Assembly: GCF_963676685.1 (NCBI RefSeq)
Contig: NC_092344.1
Span: 65,162,001-65,226,000 of the forward strand
DNA: 64,000 bases
Source: Mytilus edulis
Lineage: Eukaryota
Direction of reading: 5' to 3'
Shown: piece by piece, positions 1-14,571 of the stretch
Position numbering within the stretch: the first letter of the stretch is position 1
How the letters are laid out: each line of letters starts with the position of its first letter
Made by a program: the position numbers and the translations under genes
The notes under the pieces: model-generated
The model's database searches: none
Seen by the model: the letters and a program-made list of their open reading frames with translations, nothing else
Told to the model about the DNA's origin: nothing

Positions 1-837
1 GCCCCTCCCCTATAAATGATAATTAATTTACCTTATTGGGGGCTTAAATTTGGACACCGATCGCGAGACCTGACTGCCATAAACAACATATTACGAACAG
101 CAAACAATTGATATGTATGAAAGACAACAACGGACACAAAATGATTGCACTGAATAATTTCAACTACCATTCAGATTGATTTTTCAAATCTCATCAAATT
201 AGACATGCATTTGAAAAAAACCTTGGGATATCTATTACCGTTTGGTTTCAAATTGGAATTAAAAATTGCATTTCCCCAAAGAGTTTTACGTAAAATCCCG
301 TGAATCTCACCTCCTAGAAATTTGAAGTGTCAGGATGTTTGAAATATGTCTGAATTTTTTACATTTATTTATTGCAATCAATTATACCAAACATGTAGTT
401 GAAATAATTTCTAGAACCAGTCACTGTCTGTAGATATAATGTGTCGGACATTGTATGCATAAAAGTATAATTAAGATTTTTAACTTTATGAAATAAAATT
501 AGTAAGGGTTTCGCGGAACACAATGTCTCGCCTTCGTTTGCCGTAAACTTGAACTCTCAGGCTGAACAAAATCAAGACACTATATTTTGACTGTTAGGAG
601 CTTCTGTCCAAGTTCACAAACATTTCCGGTGCCTATAAATAGCCGACTTTAATTTTAAGTTATTTGAATCTGAGCTGGCAAAATAGCATATTATCTATTA
701 TGCTGGTATCAGCAAAACAGCTACAAGTAGTGCCTTTAATTAAAATGCATATTGATTTTAAATACTATTCTAAATAAAATAGCTTTGAGAATCGTGTAAA
801 AAGCGTTCGTTGTTCATTCGTCACTGAATCATTCATC

Positions 838-1056
838 GTGCGTGTATCGTGCGTGCGTGTATCGTGCGTGTATCGTGTATTTATCATTCATCGTGCATCG
901 TGCGTGTATCGTGCGTTCATCATTCATCATTCATTTTGCGTTAATCCTCCGTGTAACGCTCATCGCTCATCGTGCGTGTATCGTGTATCGTGCGTGTACC
1001 GTGCGTGTATCGTGCATTCACCGTGCGTGTATCGTGCGTGCGTGTATCGTGCGTGT
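838..1056. repeat. CpG-rich degenerate microsatellite, unit about ATCGTGCGTGT, interspersed with (TCAT)n
   Basis: Repeated cgtgcgtgtat/cgtgtat motifs are directly visible. They explain the low-complexity ORFs 838..1074 and 842..1156. Confidence 0.85.
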
Positions 1057-2684
1057 GGTCAGTTTGAATTTTAGAAGGTCTGTAGCACGCTTGGATATCA
1101 TCTGTATGTTGGAACAGATAGTTAATGGAGATGCTAGCTTATGTTCATTCTTCTAGAGAAGCCCAGAAAGAAGTATGTTTCAAACGAAAAATATATAGAT
1201 TATAGATTAGGCCGTTGGTTTACCTGTTTGAATGGTTTTACAAAATGGAATAAAAGAAAGACTAGTATACTCTTTGTTGAAAAAAGTGGAAAAAAATGAA
1301 ACAAATATAATATTATAAAAATCGAGCTTTTGTATGCGGTCAGTGTAAGAGATATTTAGGTTTGAATAATATGTGTATACACAAAGTTAAGTAAAATTAA
1401 TGTCCAAATGATATTTGTATCTACGATAGTCAATCATCTTCCTTGTGAAACAAATTAAAATGAATCTTTGACGGAGTAATGTATTTCAATACAAGTGATA
1501 AATACTTGAGGAACGGGGTAAAACATCAGTTAAAGTAAAACTTTGATATATATGCATACTATTTATACTAGGTATATGAGGTATGTTTGAACTGATTGTA
1601 CTTAGATAATGATATTTTTTTACACAAATGTGTATTCACATTTTTAAGTTGTGCTATTCTGTCTTTCTTAAACTAACATCTCAATATAGACTGAATTAAC
1701 TTGAAATTTTGCATGTTTATAGATATATTAAAAGATGTTGCTAATGAGACAACTTCTTAAAAAAACTAATGACACAACAACTATTGATCACCGTTTGGCC
1801 TTTAACAATGAGCAAAACCCATACGACCTAGTCAGCTATAAAAGGTCCCGAAATGACAAATGCAAAATAATCAAAACGACAAAACTAACGGCATAATCTG
1901 ATAATGTATATACAAAATAATAAACGAAAAACAATATGTATTCCATGTAAACGGTTACGTCACTTTGTAATCTAATTCAAACTGTGTCCTCAATGCTTCG
2001 TTGTTACATGTTATTTTGTGTGAAAAAAATCAAAACATACAGAGGAACATGCAGAACATGACAAGACAGGGCGTAATGTGTTTGATAAAATACACGTACG
2101 TATTGTCGCTAGTTATATGTACATGTATATACATACGCCAAATGAGGACACTGATGACGATTTAACAAATATAACGTTAATAAACCAAGGGTTGTAATAT
2201 CACACTAACAGTTAAAGTTATATTAACGAAACAGCCAGATAAAGAATGAGTTATTCTCCTTGCAGAAAACTAAGAACTTTCTAACATTAAAACTGTCCCC
2301 TCAGTAAATGTAGATGTTGTCATACCCTTACATACAGTAAAAACGTCTTCTCTGCTACGCTAGGTACATGTATGTCTAGCGAAGTGACGTAACCACTGTT
2401 TCGTAGGTTTTGCAAAACTGTAGTTGTGTTAATTTTGACTTCCCTCTTTCTTTTTTTCCAATTGTCTGCTTACCTCCTTCTTAATATCCATTTGTTAGTC
2501 ACATGTTTCTTAAGCAACTGAAATTTTCATGGTATCTATAGCTTCATGTGCTATACCTAGCAATTCGGATTTTACATTTATCAATCATCAATGATTTACC
2601 GCATATGTATCATGTTGGGATTGGTATCATAAGTGAGTATTAGCAACACAGCAATGGTTCTCCAGATCCATGTCTTAAATCATA

Positions 2685-4844
2685 TAAGAGGGGGGGCAAG
2701 GGGTTTAACTGTTATGCTGTTATGGGGCAATTTAATTCTTTGTTATCTGTTATTCTGAAAATATATTTGCTGTTAGCTGTTATTGTCTTATTCATTGTTA
2801 GGTGTTATTGGGCTTTAAGTTTTTTTGTTATCTGTTATTGTGATAATGTATTTGCTGTTAACTGTTATTGAAAATTGGAATGTTAGAATTTTTTTGACCG
2901 CCAATATTCGGTAGAAATTAAAAATCATTGGACATTGGGGTCTACCACTAGTAGTAATATGTTGGTCCCGTATTCGGAGAAGGATTCCATTAACATATAC
3001 CAATTACAGAAGTGAGGTCCAGGACAATTCCAGTATATCTTATGATTATCCTTTGTAATAAATTCCATATTTTTGGAACATGTATTTAGAGTTATCTTAT
3101 TATTTTTGTATGAGGATAATGTTCCTTGTTTCCCGTATCAACATATTAAATCAGAACAATTATTAATATGACAAAAAGGAAAACATATGGCCAGGAATAT
3201 CTGACAATAATCTCAATTAAGGACTAGGTCCTTACAACCAGTTAACCTTTTATATAATATGGTACATTTACTCAGCTCTGTGATTCTTTTCAAAGCAGAA
3301 CCAAACACATTGTACAATGAAAGTTCCAACCATGTACTGGGTCCCGAAGCAGCACATAGCTCATTACAAACAAAGATTTATTTCGTCTTCAAGCCATTGC
3401 TCCCCACTCAACTATGTATTCTACTTACTAGTACACTTGGTCCAATCAATAGCCTGATAAAAAATTGCTCAAATTGAGCCTTTGAAAATAATGGAATAAA
3501 TTACTTTTGGAGTGTCAAAATTGGTTCGAGGTACTTTATAAACTGCATGCTTATAATTGGTGCTTTTGATTTTTCAACCTTATATACTGACCACTTTGCC
3601 TCATAGTCTTATTAAGAAAAATTCACACACCTCATTAAATGGGCATTTATAAAAAGTCAGAATGCGAATATATATTTTCAAACTCTTTTAGGTCATTTTT
3701 TAGTAGCAACAAACGCCAAAAACTATGTGAATTGAATACCATAACAGCCCTTGAATATTTACTAGATATCATTTTTGTCTCTTTGACATATTCCTCATTT
3801 CCATTCTCAATTTTATTACACACTATTTAAATTACAAGCATGTGTGAGTTTCTATAACTGTATAAAAATAAATGCTGAAAAATGTATTCTTTAACAAATA
3901 AACAGCTATGCCATGAGCGCATGATACGCCCGTCGCTCTTTTTGAAATATTCGATAACTTCCTTATGTCATATCAGATATTTATAAAAATTGAAAGGGAG
4001 CTTCAGTTAATATATATTAACAATACACCAAAGTTTCATGAGAACTGCTGAAATTTTTTTTGAGTTATTGACCGAAAACTGGAAAATACCACCTTTTTTA
4101 ATGAATTAAACCCCTTAACTCAATAAAATAAAATCTAAAATTATTGAAAATAGAAAAGGCGCCTCCAACAATAGCTATTAAAAATTCAGCAAAGTTTCAT
4201 GAGAACTGCTGAAAACGTTTTTGTGTTAATGTCCGAAAACTAGAAAATCCCCCCTTTTTAATTAACAAAACCCCTTAACTCAGAAACGTAAAATCTAAAA
4301 TTTATAAAAATTGAAAGGGAGCTCATGTCAATAGATAGTAACAATTCACAAAAATTCCTTGTAAATTTGTGAAAGGATTTTTGAGATATTATCAGAAAAC
4401 TGAAAAATACCACCATTTTTATTGAATAAAACCCCATTACTCAGAAACTTAAAATCTGAAATTTATGAAATACGAAGGGGAGCTCACGTCAATAGATATA
4501 AACAATTTCCCAAAGTTTTATGCAAATTGGTTAATGTTCGACATGGTGACGACAGACGGACAACAGTATTCCATAATGCGTCCCGTAAACGAGCGTATAA
4601 AAATATATTGAGTAGTAAACACATTCTAGATACATAATTTTAAAAACATGTTCATAGAAAATGGAATTCATTACAAAGGATTATACCCGTAATAAGAAAT
4701 ACTGGATTTGTCAAGGTCCCGACTTATTTTAATATTTCATTTACTGTTATCTGTTTTTGTCCATTTTAATTCCTTGTTATCTGTTATAAGTCAAATCAAT
4801 TTGTTGTTTTGCTGTTATTGGGACCCCCCTTGCCCCCCCTCATA
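2685..4844. mobile_element. MITE-like element with G-rich terminal inverted repeats, interrupted by nested insertions
   Basis: The left end taagagggggggcaagggg (~2685-2703) is the inverted counterpart of cccccttgcccccctca (~4824-4842). Both halves carry ctgttatt sub-repeats. Confidence 0.6.
3897..4602 (+). mobile_element. Non-autonomous Helentron-associated (HINE/Pearl-like) element with about 3.5 internal ~160-bp tandem repeats
   Basis: 5' aacagctatgccatgagcgcatgatacgcc; units start near 3981, 4141, 4301 and 4461 (aaaattgaaagggagct...aaagtttcatg...aaaatctaaaa); short gacagacgga tract; short imperfect 3' stem followed by ataaaaa. Confidence 0.6.
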
Positions 4845-4876
4845 TAACACTATAAATCTTTTTTTTATTTCTATAG

Positions 4877-4985
4877 TTTTGGGAGGTAATTTCGGATGAA
4901 CATGGAATAGACCCTAGTGGAATTTATCATGGCGACTCTGACCTGCAACTTGAGAGGATCAGTGTTTACTTTAGCGAGGCAAGCG
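4877..4985 (+). CDS. TUBB: Beta-tubulin coding exon ([37 protein letters not shown])
   Basis: ctatag acceptor and g|gtaagt donor. The 109 bp translate to beta-tubulin residues 20-56. Not in the ORF track. Confidence 0.95.
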
Positions 4986-5467
4986 GTAAGTGATATGTTC
5001 ATGATGTTAGACGTTTTAACATTAATCTTGTCACGTTTTATGTCTTGAAACCGTAATTAAAATCATGAGGTATATATGATTAAGTAACAGTAGGAGATAG
5101 GTGGAAGTATGGTACATGTAGCATGACTAAGAAAATTCCATTCACAAAGTAGACAATAGTCTGTCTCTTATATTTGAACTTGACTACTATTAATAAGTAT
5201 ACAACATCGATCTCAAAAGAAAACAAAATCTAAACAAGTACAATTACATGTTAACAATTTGTGTAGCTTGCCAACAAGCTAAACGAGAGAAATTAAACAT
5301 ATAATCGAGTTCTTAATTCAAGTTAGATACACATGTATACTGCATCTTAGGGTAAAACTTCGTTGTGAACTTCCTTAAACAAGGTTGACTTTACAACGTT
5401 TTTACCGAGCTGCATTAAACATAGCCGACACCCTGCATGTGGCGTTCTACTCGATGCTTAATAGGCA

Positions 5468-5958
5468 TGGGAGAGATCTGTTTGTGCCAAAAATGCGTCC
5501 TCTTGCGCCACAACTTTTTTCTCCAATGCTACGTTTGCGCCACATGTTTTAAAATTACATGGTATCATTTCGCGCCAAAAATAAAACATATGATTTTACC
5601 AATTAGAAGAAAAATGACTTTCCTACTCCTTTTTTCGGACTTCTGTTTTTTCTTTATTGGCATATCTTTATTACATATTCAGCAAAGCAAGACGTTATAT
5701 TCTCTCCCTGTTTATTGACTATCTAATGCATTTTAAGTCATTTCTCTCTTGATGCTCATCTTCATGGTGAAATATCTCCGAACATATGATACCTTTTAAG
5801 CCAGAAATAAGAATGAATATATATTAATCATTAATATTTATGATAGATATGTGTACAGGTAAATTGGCGCAAATGGGATCCGAATATTGGCGCAATTGAT
5901 ACATTTGGAAAACAAAATTTGGCGCAAATGATACCCCTGAAAACAGTAATTGGCGCTC
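5468..5958. mobile_element. MITE-like element with inverted tttgcgcca/tggcgcaaa subterminal repeats, in a tubulin intron
   Basis: About 4 (t)tgcgcca-type motifs at 5480-5580 face about 4 ttggcgca motifs at 5864-5957. ggtatcatttcgcgccaaaa pairs with tttggcgcaaatgatacc. Confidence 0.55.
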
Positions 5959-6088
5959 AAGGACTGCTGCCGTAGGCATGACATGTTTCTCGCAGGGAAT
6001 TCAAACATGTTAAAAATATCCAAAAGAAATTAAAAAATGTACGGTTTTGGTGTGTTTTTAACCTAATTTGTTATTCATATAATTATAG

Positions 6089-6444
6089 GAAACAAATATG
6101 TTCCTAGAGCAATTCTACTCGATTTGGAACCAGGAACCATGGACTCAGTACGATCGGGTCCATTTGGGGAACTTTTTCGACCTGACAACTACATATTTGG
6201 TCAGTCAGGAGCTGGAAACAACTGGGCCAAAGGTCATTACACGGAAGGAGCCGAATTGGTAGATACTGTCATGGATGTCATCCGAAGAGAGACGGAAACA
6301 TGCGATTGTCTACAAGGTTTCCAGATGGCGCATTCTTTGGGTGGAGGAACGGGATCTGGCATGGGAACATTATTGATCAGTAAAATCCGTGAAGAATATC
6401 CCGACAGGATAATGAACACATTTTCTGTGATGCCATCGCCAAAG
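6089..6444 (+). CDS. TUBB: Beta-tubulin coding exon ([24 protein letters not shown]...GGGTGSG...SVMPSPK)
   Basis: ttatag acceptor whose phase 1 matches the previous exon; aag|gtaata donor; contains the tubulin signature GGGTGSG. Confidence 0.97.
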
Positions 6445-6646
6445 GTAATAAACATGTATAATATTTTAGATTCTCTCGTGCAAACTAACAATGCCGCGGC
6501 AAACAATAGTTCACTAAACACAATATAGAAAAGTAAAGACCGAGCAACATGAACTAAAAAACTATGGATGATCTCAAGTGATTCGATAAGAAAGCAGATC
6601 CTGCTGAACATATTGCACGCGCCGTGTTGCTCATGGAAGTAAAAAC

Positions 6647-7050
6647 CTTACTTACTTTTTATTACTGCCCTTGTACGTCATAAGCGTGTAGGGCAGTAAC
6701 GACGATTTTCCACTTTTTTTTGGCCATTGGCAGTTATCTGTAATGTACCTCATGTCTGTTGATGTTTACTAGCTTCTTTCTCAACAGTTCTTCTCCATGT
6801 CATTATGGGTCTTCTTCTTATTTTACCTTCTGGGTCTAGGTGAGTGCTGTTTTTGTGATGTCCTTCTTGTCTTTTCGAAGGACATGTCCAAACAAACCAA
6901 AGCGTGTTTTCATTATAGATGTGGCTATATCTTGTTGTTTGCATCTGATAAGAAGGATCTCGTTTGATTTTTTTGTGGCCAAAAGATTCGCAACTCCTTC
7001 TCAGAGTTTTGGTATGGAATACAGACAGCTTTTACAAACATGGTTATACG
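6647..7050 (-). mobile_element. RTE-clade LINE 3' fragment (degenerate) in a tubulin intron
   Basis: The minus strand encodes GHVLRKDKKDITKTALT*T, then (after a frameshift) PEGKIRRRPIMTWRRTVEKE, the typical RTE ORF C-terminus. Short (TAAG)n tail at ~6647-6656. Confidence 0.7.
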
Positions 7051-7151
7051 TAAATAAAATTGTTTAAGCATATGTGCTTAGACCTCAGTATCAGAGCAAA
7101 CCAACTAAACAAAAGAAGAACATGTCTTAATAAAGATTACCCATCGATTAA

Positions 7152-8132
<981 letters not shown>

Positions 8133-10480
8133 AATTTCAAAGACGCATTGTTTTTTTTCTTACAGTATAAATTATATACAAGATTTGCCTTTATACTATG
8201 AGACAAATAACTAAAACACACATCTTGCAATTTATTAGTTCCATTTTGGAAATCGGTATGGAGTCTAATAAAAAAAAACCGCAATGCACACGATTTCAAG
8301 TGTCTTAGTCCACAAAAAAAACATCGCCAAATTATTTAATGGTAGTTTTTTTTAAGTTTCAACTTACTACTTGATTATGGTGTACCTTTTGCATAATTAT
8401 ATTAATGTAACATACATGTGTATGTTAATATTTTTTGTTGGGTGTACAAGATTGTACTAGGCATTAAAGAGTTTGTATATTAGATAGGCATAGCTTGTTG
8501 CTTTTGATAATTGCTAACTTGCTCTTGTCTCTAGGTCGTGAAACATTATTAGTAAGTATATCAGTCATGTTCTTTATGTACTTATTTCAACCAACATACA
8601 TGTAGTTACTATTAAAGTTAAGTAGCTGTTTTTTTCACACATCATACATGTACATGTACTTAATACACTCAGTGTTCTGAGAGACACTCAATCATAATCA
8701 GGCCTGCACTTTATTATAGCTATATTATAGCTGTAAGCATATATAGATCGATGACATTTAATGTTAATTAAGTGTTATTTTGAGTTTGACCTACATGTTA
8801 AAATATATTTCTTCATTACAAAAAAATATTTACATTCATAATGGAGCTGGAGGCTTTTCACAGTATACATTGCAGGCCAAACATAAATTTTGATTTAAAA
8901 TTCCTTTGATGTTCATGTATAAAGATTGACGACAAATTAGTCTGTCCGTCCTGAGGTTTATTTTTAACAGTTACCCTTTTTACTCGTGTGTAGGCAATAA
9001 TTTCATGAGCATCTTATATTTTACTCTAATCTTTGATCTAACTCTATCGTAATTCGGTCAAATCAATCCGCTGCATCCGGTTACGTCTGCTCAATGCGAC
9101 TAGTCGGTGATTCCGTGTTTGTAATGGTAATATTTGCTTTGAAACTGAATAGTTCACTTTGTCAACTCATTTACATACTTGATATCTAACTTACGAATCG
9201 CTTCAATAAGATTTAGTAGAAGAACGGGATAGACAATTGCTTCTTTATGTATCTGTGCCAATACAGTGTGCTATTGTACTCTTTCACCCCATACCTCACG
9301 GCGGTACTCCTCAGAATACAAGTTTATACAAAAAATAAATACACCTAAGATCAAATTTGAAAAAAAAACGAAAAACTACTACTAGTATTCAATGCCATAC
9401 TTCACTTGACATTTATCAATTTGAATGTCTTTATATTTTAATATTTAAGCACAAGTTTTTTTTTTTTTTTTTGCCAAATATAGACTGGTTGCAAAATAAA
9501 TGCTGTTCAATAGTCATAATTCGATTAATCAAAAAACAAATCCGGCTAACAAACTAAAACCGAGGGAAACACATTTAATATAAGAGAATTAGGGAACAAT
9601 AAACACACTGAACCACAAAAAAGGAAACGTCAAATTACATAGAAAACAGACTGTGTTAGCAACCAAACATAATGGCAGTATGAGTGCATAATGACCATTT
9701 AGAGTATGGTATACATTGTACATCAACAAACGACAAGCACTGATTTAAAGGATCATGCATGATTTTGGAAAGAAAAAAATATATACAGTCAGGCTGCATA
9801 AGCAACAAACAACAACTACTTTATTACAGGCTGTTGACTGCAGCCCATTTGTAATGAACAAGAACTATTGATATCAAAAAATTGAAACTTTGCAAAAGAC
9901 TTAATTCAAATAAAAGATTTTAAAATTTTAAAATCACAATAAAGTACACTCAAATTAGTTTGTTTTCTCACTATTTCAGCATTTAATTGAAAATGTTTGA
10001 CCCTTTAAAGGTAAACAACTCGTTCAAATGAAACTCTTAATATATAATAGTCTAATACGGAAGGACAAATATACTTAATTGTCATATAAATCAACGAATA
10101 TGATTTGAGACAAAATAGACACAAAACATAGAACATCAAACATTTGCAAATGACAAGATGATTTAACATACAATCTATAAGTATACAAACTTTTTATTTG
10201 ATTATGAGTACTTTAGTATAAACGTTCAAAAAGAAAGGCTACATATTGTGTCGAGCAGCTGATATTTTACAATATAAATATAATGACAACCAGATAATCA
10301 ACAGTGGAACAACCGATAAGTCTAGATATCTCTAGGTTTTCTTGAATAATAAGCCAATTGAACTTATCATATGTGTTTTACAATTTAAAAAATTTTTACA
10401 ACTTTTTCAAAATCTTACAACTGATAAATATTTTTATCTTTATTTTGGGGGCCTCAGTGGCGGGGTGGTCTAAGCAGTTC

Positions 10481-10760
10481 ATTTTATCATCGATACAAAG
10501 ATATCATTCGGAAATATAAATCAACATCCATTCATCTTACATGTTCAAGTATTTCACATTTAAACTTTTTATGGTTATATTCTTTACAAAGCACAAAAAT
10601 GTCGACATTCAACCTAAAAAGCTAACCAAACCTTTAAACAGACTTATTCAGAAGGGATATTGTTACGATATTGTTGTCAGGTCATTAAAGATGGTAATTT
10701 TGGTATTGAAATTTATTCACTTATAGGGTATTTGCATCGGAAATAAACACATTTATTCTA
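10481..10760 (+). mobile_element. 3' fragment of a Penelope-like retroelement ORF
   Basis: Encodes FYHRYKDIIRKYKST...LTKPLNRLIQKGYCYDIVVRSLK, resembling the post-RT C-terminus of PLEs; frameshifted. Confidence 0.45.
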
Positions 10761-11059
10761 AAACAGGAACAATACGGACTATATTCCTCTCATATAAGTT
10801 ATGATGGTATGATACTAAAACCATTACGGGAGGGAGTGTGCTTGATTTTCATATATGATGAAGACATAATCTTTCAATCAGTTTAATTGAGGTCTGGCGC
10901 TGGCATGTCAGTAACTGCTAATTGTCCTTTGTTAATTCATGTATCAATGTCATTTTGCTTAGTTTCTTTTGTCACCTATTCTGACATCGGCTAGAGGTAT
11001 AGAAGAGGGTTGAGATCTCACTTAACCTGTTAAACTCTGCGCATTTTTACGCCTGTTCC

Positions 11060-11314
11060 AAGTCGGGAGCCTCTGTCCCTGTTAGTCATATACGATTTTT
11101 CATTTTAGTTCATTTATATGTTTTGGAAATTAGTATGACGTCCATTTTCACTGAATTAGTACACATTTTTTGTTTATGGGGCCAACTGAAGTCCACCACA
11201 GGGTGCGTTTTTCCCCACTGTGTTGGAAGACTGATTGGTGGCCTTCGGCTGTTTTTGCTCTTTGGTCGGTTTGTTGTCTCTTTGACACATTCCCCATTTC
11301 TATTCTCAATTTTA
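11060..11314 (+). repeat. Dispersed repeat copy (same family as 57355-57608)
   Basis: agtc(a/g)ggagcctctg ... cacattccccattt(c/t)attctcaatttta is shared between copies. Partial copies lie near 3770-3816 and 18775-18860 (inverted). Confidence 0.8.
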
Positions 11315-14119
11315 ATCAAGAGTGACCACTAGCCTGACAACACTGTCTTGTCCCGCTCGTGACAAGGTGCGTTCGTCTCAGATCTTACCAGGATTACTCA
11401 AGGGTTTACTTTACCAACAAAACCTATACGCCATACAATATCAAAGCGTGCTGGAAATGGCGTTAAACACCAAACAATAATCAATAATCGATTTTTCATC
11501 CGATAATAAACTAATAAATAAAATTTAACACGCTCTCACTACATGGCCTGGACAAAAAATAGTCCTTCTAGAAAAACATCGCCAGTGTAACTTATCATGT
11601 CATTATATTTAAAAGTTACATAAGTAATAAAACAGAATAAAGAAAAAAACAATCACATTTAAAAATGATGGATGAAGGGATGGGTTGGATTTTATTACAA
11701 TATTACTTTATTATACGAAACTAAATGACCTTCTGCTAAAGCCCGCGGTGAAATGTACATCGACATGAGAAACATTGCATATACATGACATCACGCACTC
11801 GACTAATTACTTATATGTCTCCAAAGTTATCTCATTTATATGAAATAAAACTTCAAACATTACCATACTTTTTAGTTTAAAGTCCTTTCTGTAAAGGTTA
11901 ATGTCTGGCGGTTCTGTCATACGGGTTGCACTTTATAATGTGCAGATATAACATCTCTTTAGTACTTTCCCAAAATATGAATCCCAAGAAACAAAAAAAG
12001 GGTCATAATGTTCCTGTGTTTATAACTTGTTGAATATCGTAACTTTGTTGACATTTACCCATCTTTCGATTTGTTCGTGTCGTCCAGTTGTTGTCTTTTT
12101 GACGTAACATTTGATTCTCTTAATAAAATGCATGTACCAACACAGTTTTCTCAAATTATGTACGAAGATAAGAAGGCATAATAAGAAGATGTGGTATGGT
12201 AAACAATGAAACAGCTCTCCACTAGATATCGAATGACGTAGAGGTTAACAGCTATATACCATATCCATATGGTCTTATACAACGGGCAAAACCCATACCG
12301 CACAGCAAGCTTTCAAAAGGACCAACATGGCAATTGTAAAAAGAATTCGAACGCAAAAACTATGGTGTGTGTAAAAAACAATAAACGTAAACTAAGTAAC
12401 TATATATAGAACAGACCAACGACAACCACTGATTACAGGCTTCTAACTTGGGACTAGCATTCACAGAATGTGACAGGGTTAAACAAGTTTGCGGGCGTTC
12501 AATCAGCCTCCCCCTATATTAGGTACATGTATATCCCAAAAAGGAAAACATAAATTATATGTGATTATGTAAACTGTAGCATAACATTTGATTTTTTTAC
12601 TCAATTCTTCTAGAAAAATTTAAATGTTTGTTGTTTAAAACGACCAATTTATGAAATTATGTAAAATTGAAAGGTTATGACATTTTTCGCCGTGCCTTTT
12701 TTCAAATTTTAAACAAATTCATTATGTGAATATTTAACATTTTTGAGACATTTGATAGATAACCATTTATAAAAAAAACCAAAACCAACAACATATAAAA
12801 CAAATAAAACATTTAAGTACATGTAGGTACATGTATACATAATGAAACAATGAATAATCATTTAAAGATTTATCAATTTTGACTATCTTTTACACAAAGA
12901 CTGTTACATGTAACTACTGTAACACAATAATGCTCAATTAAAACTAAAACAATAAAAGGAATTCTTTTTTCTTTCTTTTGGTGATTATTTTAGTTATTTT
13001 TGTTAAACTATGGTGATGTCTCTCTTTCCCTGACAAATATTGATACGCATTGGCGTCTTGTTACTTTTTGGGATAAAACAAAGTAATGTAAGTTAGTAAA
13101 GTGTATTCAAAGTCGGCACAATTGTACACAAAATCAGAGAAAACATGAGCTTTGATGAGATCTCCACCCGACTATCATATAAAATTTATGCATGCAAAAC
13201 TAATAAATAATAATAAAAAAAAAGGTATGCGAACATAATGAAAGCAAAATATTTTTGATTTCTTAAACTTCAGGCCAATGCTCATGCGGCGTCACCTCTA
13301 CATGTGTGTGTGTTGAATAGGAAACCAGCAGATATCATAAAATACTAACAAACTAAAAAGCATCAATTAAACAATTCAGTAAGCACTTGCATTGTATGAG
13401 AATGCAAAAACAGAAAAACGAAACAAAAAATAAAAAAAAACAGCAAATTTTTTTTTAACAATAATTTGCAAGCAATTACGTTAAAATACTAAATCCCTGT
13501 GATGTATTTTAGTTAATTTTAGTCTCTGATGCATGATTTTTTAAAAATTATTAATGGTTTTTGGCTTTTAACTAGCTGTCAGTAACTGCGAGTACTCTCA
13601 AATCGTATTTGTTTTTTGTTAATTCGAACTGTTGATACTTTTAATAATGTTTTTTTGTTATTTTATATTAATATGGATCTTGTCTATATACCAGCTTTGA
13701 TTATATGGAATATCTACTAATTTTCACTTCTTCGTACTACATTTGTATGAACATCAAGATTATTCTCCTTAAATCTGTACAGGGATGTTTTAGCTAGCTC
13801 TAATTGTATAGTTTTATTGTTGATATTCACCCCAATTTGTATCTAGTGTTAAATTATGTATTTATATGACATAACTTTCTTGGTATTCCTTATTTTTGGA
13901 AGAATTTTATACACAGAAGTAGTATACCTAAAACGACAATTTTTCATTTACTTGTAGATATTATAAAAACCGTTTTTTTTCAAAAGTGATTATTTTCGAA
14001 GGGTTAAATATTTCAAGGTGGTGTTTTGCCATGGCTTTGTTTGGACTTTTTTGTTTGCTTTTTTGTCTTGTCTGTTTGTCCCTAATATTTTATTAACTGT
14101 GCATTTGCATTCAGGTATC

Positions 14120-14571
14120 GAAGATCAAATTTATTCGTTTATAGTGTGGTAATTTACGTTTTTTGATTGAGTTAAGCCTTCCAATTGATATTTTATCGTG
14201 TGGTTTTCTATGTTGTGATGTTATGCTATTGTTTCAGAAAAAGGGAGAAGGTTTGGTACCATTAAAACGTTTAATCCCGCTGCAAATGTTTGCACCTGTC
14301 CTAAGTCAGGAATCTGATGTACAGTAGTTGTCGTTTATTTATATAATTTATACGTGTTTCTCGTTTCTCGTTTTTTTTTATATAGATTGGACCGTTGGTT
14401 TTCCCGTTTGAATGGTTTTACACTAGTAATTTTGGGGCCCTTTATAGCTTTTTGTTCGGTGTGAACCAAGGCTCCGTGTTGAAGGCCGTATATTGACCTA
14501 TAACGGTTTACTTTTATAAATTTGTTATTTGGATGGAGAGTTGTCTCATTGGCACTCACACCACATCTTCA
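14120..14571 (-). repeat. High-copy dispersed repeat (gaagatgtggt..gagtgccaatgagacaactctcc family)
   Basis: Closely matches the reverse complement of 43494-43930. Further partial copies lie near 1200, 1740, 12185, 18900, 22430, 45825, 48340 and 61100. Confidence 0.85.

Larger units (their letters stand above)
10448..11490 (+). mobile_element. tRNA-derived SINE remnant split by a nested insertion
   Basis: Head ggggcctcagtggcggggtggtctaag (A-box-like) at ~10448-10476. Body and tail resume near 11325 and end gaaatggcgttaaacaccaaacaataatcaataatc. Confidence 0.5.

Noticed and set aside
1-4876. Beta-tubulin exon 1 (MREIVH..GQCGNQIGAK)
   Set aside because: No match found. A GQC at ~1338 continues KRYLG. 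The exon is probably upstream of the window.
6237-6611. Antisense and overlapping short ORFs over tubulin and other exons
   Set aside because: Shadow ORFs of the real coding exons or of repeats.
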